DNA of 64,000 nucleotides from an uncultured delta proteobacterium. Its GTDB lineage: Bacteria > Desulfobacterota > Desulfuromonadia > Geobacterales > DSM-12255. This document shows positions 58,633 to 64,000 of the stretch, in pieces. The notes under the pieces are model-generated. The model ran no database searches and was not told the origin of the DNA. It saw nothing but the letters and a program-made list of their open reading frames with translations. Numbering within the stretch: the first letter of the stretch is position 1; each line of letters opens with the position of its first letter. The stretch lies in assembly GCA_963787125.1 (NCBI GenBank), contig CAWBBV010000001.1, forward strand, positions 1 through 64,000. Direction: 5' to 3'. A program made the position numbers and the translations under genes.

Positions 58633-59496
58633 CTAGTTGTTGATTACAGTTTTGAGTCTTCTGCCTTCCTGATCGTAATAGGTGAGGCCGGGATTGCCGG
58701 GGATAAGCAGTGAAACCCCTGAACTGCCACGGGCAGCGTCAACATCGGTTTTGATATAGAACCTGACCACCAGTTCGGCAACAGCACTGTTTGGGGTGTA
58801 ATCCCAGCTGAAGTAGAACTTTTTGGTACGGCTGCCGTTGAATGCCCAGTCTCCGGCTACTGAGGAGAGCGGAAGCAGACTGCCTGATGTGGCAAGCTTT
58901 TCACCATAGCTGTTGCCGCAACTGCCAGCAGCTTTGCCGCTGCAATCAAAGATGGCAACCTCGGAGAGGTAGCTGGCATCATACCCCTCCAGAGTCCAGG
59001 AAATGGTGGCCTGGTTATTTCTCGTCATGACAGGAACCGTTGCTGCGGCAAGCACAGCCGGCATCCGCTGCTGCGCCTCTGCAAGCGGGGCGGCACTGTT
59101 GGTCAGCCAAGCGGTAAGCACCGGCGTATTTGTGGAGCTGGATGACACCTGCAACAGCGCACTCTTTGTCCCCTGGCTGGCAGGTTTGAAACTGACTGAA
59201 ACCGTGCAGCTAGCGTGGGCCGCCAGAGTGCCGGTGCAACTGTGCGGATGAAGGTCAAACTCTGCCGGATTTATCCCGGCAAGGGCAATACCGCTTACGT
59301 TCATGGCTGTCCCGGTAAGATTTGTAATGGTAAAATCCACCGGTGTTGAATCATTTCCAAGGGCTGTCACCGGAAACTGCCTCACCGCCGGATAGATGGC
59401 GATCTGGCTGTCCTGAACAACATCGGCTGCCGATGCCGGAGTGACAGATGCGTTGCAACTGAATATCAGAAATGCTGCAAGAATATACTTTTTCAT
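58633..59496 (-). CDS. Secreted protein: Ig-like (choice-of-anchor D/ASH-like) domain + conserved C-terminal domain
   Basis: Signal peptide; FTITN...SCTVSVSFKP...GTKSA; paralogous to the C-terminus of the upstream giant protein. Confidence 0.75.
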   Translation of the reverse strand: MKKYILAAFLIFSCNASVTPASAADVVQDSQIAIYPAVRQFPVTALGNDSTPVDFTITNLTGTAMNVSGIALAGINPAEFDLHPHSCTGTLAAHASCTVSVSFKPASQGTKSALLQVSSSSTNTPVLTAWLTNSAAPLAEAQQRMPAVLAAATVPVMTRNNQATISWTLEGYDASYLSEVAIFDCSGKAAGSCGNSYGEKLATSGSLLPLSSVAGDWAFNGSRTKKFYFSWDYTPNSAVAELVVRFYIKTDVDAARGSSGVSLLIPGNPGLTYYDQEGRRLKTVINN

Positions 59497-59507
59497 AGTT
59501 CTCTCCT

Positions 59508-62500
59508 TTACGGTGCAACCGCATGCTTCAGCCGTCTGCCGCTGAGGTCGTAGTATTCAGTGCCTGATTGCAGCAGGTTCCCAGGGATCAGGAGCGAAAG
59601 GCTCCCTTTTCCGGCGGCATCGTCTGCTGCGGTTTTACGGTAGAAGCGGATGACCATGTCAGTTGCCGATGCCGGAGCCGTGAAGGTGTAACTGTAGTTG
59701 AACTGATTTGAGGTAACACCGTTATAACTCCAGCTGCTTGCGTTTGTGCTGACGGCCGGGAGATTTCCCGAGTCGGAAAAATTGCTGGCAAAGCTGTCAC
59801 CGCAGGTTCCGGCTGGAACCCCTGCACAGTTGAACAGCGCAATCCGTGAGAGGTAATCGTCGTCATAGCCAAGCAGCGACCAGGTGATGGTGTACTGCTG
59901 ACCGGGTTGGATCGTGGTTGGAATATTCAGTGCTGAAAGCACCGACGGAATCCGTCTGGCGGCCTCCTCCTGAAGCGTCTCATGGTTATAAAGGAATGCT
60001 GTGACTGTCATGCCGTCATGGGGGATCTCAAGCTGGGCTGATTTTGACCCCTGGGTAGCAGCACCCGGACAGAACTTGACGCCAACTGTACAGCTTGCGC
60101 CAGCGGCAACTGCCTGGCTTGAGCAGTTATCCCCCGAAATTGTGTACTCGGCAGCATCATTCCCCCCTTTGCCCACAGTGCCAAAGGTAACGGAAGCAGC
60201 CGATCTGTTGGTGACAGTGAACGGAATCTCCCCGCTACAGCTACCTTGCGCCACCACACCAAACAGATGGCGATCAGGCGAAACTGCAATGGCGGTATCA
60301 AGGGCTGAGAGGCTGCTGATGTTGGCAGCGGCGGCAACCGTCATGGTAAAGCTCTGGTTGGCATTCCCCTGGCTGTTTGTGGCAATGATGAAAATGGCAA
60401 AACTTCCACTTACATTGGGTGTACCGGAGATGGTGGCCGTGCCGTTGCCATTGTCATGGAAGCTGACACCGGCTGGCAGAGCGCCTGTACGTTTAAGCGC
60501 AGCCGTGGGGTTGCCGGTGGCGTTTACGGTGAAGCTGCTGCCGACGCCGTAGTTCCAGCTGGCGCTGTTGGCGGATGTGATGGCAGGAGCCGCCAACGCA
60601 GCAGCAGTGGTAAAGGTCTGGTCAGCGCCATTGGTTGTGCCGGAGAGGCTGCTGGCAACGGCACGGAAATGGTACGTGGTTAAAGCTGTCAGGCCGGAGA
60701 CAGCAAGGGAGACCGGAGTATTGGTCACGCCGGAGACTGTTGCTGGCGAAGCCGCAATACAGCCGCTGCCGTAGGAGGCGGTCGCTCCATACTCGAAACA
60801 GACCGTACTGTCGGCATTATTGGCATTCACCGTCCCGTTCATGGTGGCGGCGGAGGTGGTAACGCCACTGACTGCATCGGTGGTGACGGTCGGCACAGGA
60901 ATGTAAGTAAACATGATCATCTCGCTACTTATGCCGCCTGGTGAAGTGACGACCACGCTATTGTTTGGCCCCGTGCCAGCCGGTGTGGTGAGTGTAATCT
61001 GAGAGTCACTGACAACTACAACATTCGAAGCTGCTGCTCCGCCAATGGTGACTCCGGTCGTTCCGGTGAAGCTCGTGCCGGTGATGGTTACGCTGGTTCC
61101 CCCGGCAGCAGTCCCGCTTGACGGCGAGATACCGGTAATGACCGGAACCTCAGTTAGATCATTGATGGTAATGGTGAAGGCCTTCTCGAAGTACAGCCCA
61201 CCCTGGTCAGTGCTGCGAACCCGGACAGAGTAACTGCTCTTGACCTCATAGTTCGGGCTGTTGGTTATCCGCAGATTATCGACGCTGATATTGAAGGAGG
61301 CGTTGTCGGTGCTGCCGGTGCCGCTGACGAGGGTGTAGGTGAAGGTGTTACCTGCATCCGGGTCGGTGGTGCTCAGGGTGCCTACGGTGGAGTTGGCCGC
61401 CACGTTCTCGTCGATTGAGCTGGCAGAAAAGCTGATGTCGGTCGGGGTAGAGTTATAGGTAAACAGGCCGGCGCCAGTACCAGTGCCGCCGGGTGTGGTG
61501 ACCGCCACATCTCTGACTCCGAGCGTGCCGACTGGCGTGGTGGCCGTTATAGTGGTGGCGTTGACTACCGTTATCCCGGCGGCGGCACTGCCGCCAATGG
61601 TGACGCTCGTCGCCCCGGTGAAGTCGGTGCCGCTAATGGTGACAGTGGTTCCGCCAAGAGGAGATCCGCTGGCAGGTAGAATGCTGCTGACAGTCGGCGC
61701 AGGAATGTAGGTGAACAGGGTAGTCCCGCTACTGAAACCGCCCGGTGATTTAACGACCACACTGTTGTTTGAGCCTGTGCCAGCCGGTGTAGATAGGGTA
61801 ATCTGAGTGTCACTGACAACTATTACGTTAGTTGCTGCTGCTCCGCCAAAGGTGACTCCGGTCGTTCCGGTGAAGCTCGTGCCAGTGAGGGTTACGCTGG
61901 TTCCCCCGGCAGCGGGTCCACTTGGCTGCGAGATACTGAAAATGACCGGAGTCTCCAGCAGATCATTGATGGCGATGGCGAAGGGCTTTTCGAAGTATAA
62001 TCCGCTCTGATCGGTGCTGCGGATACGGACGGAATAGCTGTTTTTCACCTCGTAGTTGGGACTGCTCGTGATCCGCAGGCTGCTGCCGCTGATGTTGAAG
62101 GAGGCGTTGTCCGTAGATCCGGCTCCGGACACAAGGGTGTAGCTGAAGGTTCCTCCATCCGGGTCGGTGGTGCTCAGGGTGCCCACGGTGGTGTTGGCAA
62201 TGACGTTTTCGTCGATTGAGCTGGCAGACAGGGCGATGTCGGTTGGGGCTGCGTTGCATGCTCCGGTCGTGAAGGTGGCATCCGAGCCGTTGCTGGTGCC
62301 ACCGGTGCTGATCCCTTTAGCCCGGAAGTGGTAGGTGGTGTTGCAGGTTAGTCCCGACACAGCTGCCGAGACCGCTGTATTCGAAGCGCCGCTAACCGGG
62401 CTCTGGCTGGCGGTTATTGAACTGCCATAACCGGTGGTCAACCCGTAGTCGAAGGTAACGGTGCTACTGTAGCCGTTGGCGTTAACCGTGCCGTTCAGGG

Positions 62501-64000
62501 TCGTGCCGGTGGATGTGATGCTTGTTGCCGTGCCGGTAGTGGCAGTAGGAGGATTCGTGGTAGTCACTGATACGGTGTTGGTGTAGTACGTATGATGCAA
62601 GCCGCTGTACCCGCGAACCCGGTAATAATAAGTCGTTCCTGCGCTGAGCCCTGTCACGGAGTAGGTAAGCAGATTCCCCACATCCAGACCCCGATACCCG
62701 GTAACCATGGCTGTAAACGCTGTATCAGTGGCCACATCCAGCAAGTACCCGGTTGCGCCGGTCACTGTGTTCCAGTTGGCACTGAACCCGCTTCCGGTTA
62801 TGCCCGAGGCGGCTGTGGCCACCGGCAATGTCCCCAGGTATTCGGTGGCGCCTTTTTCGGACGTCGCACCGGCGCGTAGATAGCCGCGCCCATCCACAAA
62901 CACACTGCCGTTGCTACTAACCGGGTTAATCGCCAGGCTGCCTGCATTGGGCAAATGAGATGAGACATACCCGCCGTTTCCGACCAGGTTGGCCAGGCTG
63001 GCGTTTTGCGGGAACCCTTCGGTTCCCCGTACGTCGCCGGTGCCCCAGGTATAATAGGCGTCATTACTTCCTACGGAACCGATCAGATTGTAGCCGCCGG
63101 ATATAAACGTAAAAGTGATTCCTCCTGAATAGAGACCGGTTGGGTCAAAATAAATATCCGAATCTCCTCCGCCCGTGGTTGCAACGTTCCCGGCCACCAC
63201 CGTATTTTTCAGCGTAAAAGTGCCGCCCGGCGTCGGAATGCCTGAATTATTATACACCGAGAGCCCTGCTTCCCAGGAATTGCTGCCATTAGTGGAATAA
63301 TTCTTGGTAATGGTGCAATTGATCACGTTGAAGCTGCTGTTGCCAAAATGGGCAACCACGCCCTGATTGTCCGAAGTGTTACCCGAAAAGGTACAGCCTT
63401 CCAGGGTTACGACTTTCCCAACGGAACGTTCATGCAATGCACCTCCCTGGTAAGCCGAATTACCTTCAAACGTACTGTCCACTACGGTCAGGGTGCCCAG
63501 GTTATCAATGGCCCCGCCGTACCCCTGTCCAGGAGGGAGATTAGGACCCATAGGTACTGAATTCTGGTAAAAATAGGAACGCAGAACTGTGAGGGTGGCT
63601 GTTGCTGCCACACTAATGCCTCCTCCGTAGGTACTACTCATTGAGTGATTGAGCGAACAATTGTTGATCTTGCAGCGGTCCAGGGTCAAATTGGCTAATC
63701 CGCCCAGGCGAATTCCTGCTCCGGTCTCCGAAGCCACGGCGCTCCGTCCGTTGCTGATGGTAAGGTCAGAAATGGTGATTGTCCCGGCAGTAATGTCAAA
63801 CACGCGCACCGCATTGTTACCGTTAATAGTAAGGCTGGCAACGCCCGGACCTTTGATGGAAAGGTTTTTAGCGATGGATAACGTTGAGGAGAGGGTAATG
63901 GTTGCCGGATAGGTGAGGTTGAACACAACCGTATCACCCGCCGTAGCATTGGTGATGGCTAGACGCAGACTGCCCGCACCGGAATCTGCCGTAGAGGAGA
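59508..64000 (-). CDS. Large surface/adhesin-like protein (beta-helix with GSLR.AI motif, FN3-like, cadherin-like, IPT/TIG, Ig repeats), 5' end beyond window
   Basis: Frame open to the window edge (DSGAGSLRLAITNA); GGAI repeats; NYEVK cadherin-like; P.SG...GGT.VTITGT IPT repeats. Confidence 0.85.
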   Translation of the reverse strand, partial: SSTADSGAGSLRLAITNATAGDTVVFNLTYPATITLSSTLSIAKNLSIKGPGVASLTINGNNAVRVFDITAGTITISDLTISNGRSAVASETGAGIRLGGLANLTLDRCKINNCSLNHSMSSTYGGGISVAATATLTVLRSYFYQNSVPMGPNLPPGQGYGGAIDNLGTLTVVDSTFEGNSAYQGGALHERSVGKVVTLEGCTFSGNTSDNQGVVAHFGNSSFNVINCTITKNYSTNGSNSWEAGLSVYNNSGIPTPGGTFTLKNTVVAGNVATTGGGDSDIYFDPTGLYSGGITFTFISGGYNLIGSVGSNDAYYTWGTGDVRGTEGFPQNASLANLVGNGGYVSSHLPNAGSLAINPVSSNGSVFVDGRGYLRAGATSEKGATEYLGTLPVATAASGITGSGFSANWNTVTGATGYLLDVATDTAFTAMVTGYRGLDVGNLLTYSVTGLSAGTTYYYRVRGYSGLHHTYYTNTVSVTTTNPPTATTGTATSITSTGTTLNGTVNANGYSSTVTFDYGLTTGYGSSITASQSPVSGASNTAVSAAVSGLTCNTTYHFRAKGISTGGTSNGSDATFTTGACNAAPTDIALSASSIDENVIANTTVGTLSTTDPDGGTFSYTLVSGAGSTDNASFNISGSSLRITSSPNYEVKNSYSVRIRSTDQSGLYFEKPFAIAINDLLETPVIFSISQPSGPAAGGTSVTLTGTSFTGTTGVTFGGAAATNVIVVSDTQITLSTPAGTGSNNSVVVKSPGGFSSGTTLFTYIPAPTVSSILPASGSPLGGTTVTISGTDFTGATSVTIGGSAAAGITVVNATTITATTPVGTLGVRDVAVTTPGGTGTGAGLFTYNSTPTDISFSASSIDENVAANSTVGTLSTTDPDAGNTFTYTLVSGTGSTDNASFNISVDNLRITNSPNYEVKSSYSVRVRSTDQGGLYFEKAFTITINDLTEVPVITGISPSSGTAAGGTSVTITGTSFTGTTGVTIGGAAASNVVVVSDSQITLTTPAGTGPNNSVVVTSPGGISSEMIMFTYIPVPTVTTDAVSGVTTSAATMNGTVNANNADSTVCFEYGATASYGSGCIAASPATVSGVTNTPVSLAVSGLTALTTYHFRAVASSLSGTTNGADQTFTTAAALAAPAITSANSASWNYGVGSSFTVNATGNPTAALKRTGALPAGVSFHDNGNGTATISGTPNVSGSFAIFIIATNSQGNANQSFTMTVAAAANISSLSALDTAIAVSPDRHLFGVVAQGSCSGEIPFTVTNRSAASVTFGTVGKGGNDAAEYTISGDNCSSQAVAAGASCTVGVKFCPGAATQGSKSAQLEIPHDGMTVTAFLYNHETLQEEAARRIPSVLSALNIPTTIQPGQQYTITWSLLGYDDDYLSRIALFNCAGVPAGTCGDSFASNFSDSGNLPAVSTNASSWSYNGVTSNQFNYSYTFTAPASATDMVIRFYRKTAADDAAGKGSLSLLIPGNLLQSGTEYYDLSGRRLKHAVAP

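Noticed and set aside
59508..59560. T9SS C-terminal sorting signal suggested by YDLSGRR
   Set aside because: The motif lies only about 8 residues from the end, without the remaining strands of a T9SS CTD, and T9SS is not expected in this lineage.
1..64000. tRNA, rRNA, c-di-GMP/SAM riboswitches, prophage genes
   Set aside because: No matching signatures were seen by eye; a covariance-model scan would be needed to exclude them fully.

Overview
A 64-kb chromosomal window, most likely from a Geobacteraceae/Desulfuromonadia bacterium. This is inferred from gene content and order: the fabH-HEAT-HD-GYP-radA-dksA-kinase block, mpg-GH57-galT, glnE-mtnA and a SECIS-type selenoprotein. Bases 0.8-9.3 kb are an insertion hotspot. 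It holds an IS630 in a stop codon and an IS110/IS1111-type element sitting in a REP-like palindrome, whose 3' non-coding end folds into a two-loop bridge-RNA-like structure with guides matching its own target and donor. It also holds an IS21 carrying an outer-membrane passenger gene that splits a lipoprotein gene, an attC-like site and a vapBC pair. The middle is mostly core genes, plus a MITE, a ZraP-like protein with a metallothionein-like tail and a CxxU selenoprotein missed by the ORF track. At 40.8-52.4 kb lies a sigma54-controlled lipid-catabolic operon with an atypical, possibly exported oleate-hydratase homologue. At 55.7-64 kb an apparent operon links surface proteins to a candidate new RiPP-like system: a Tat-signal-like 65-aa precursor, an RRE(PqqD)-HprK-like kinase fusion and a nucleotidyltransferase, with no lasso cyclase or protease in view. 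No rRNA, tRNA or CRISPR array was seen. All product calls come from motif reading, not database searches.
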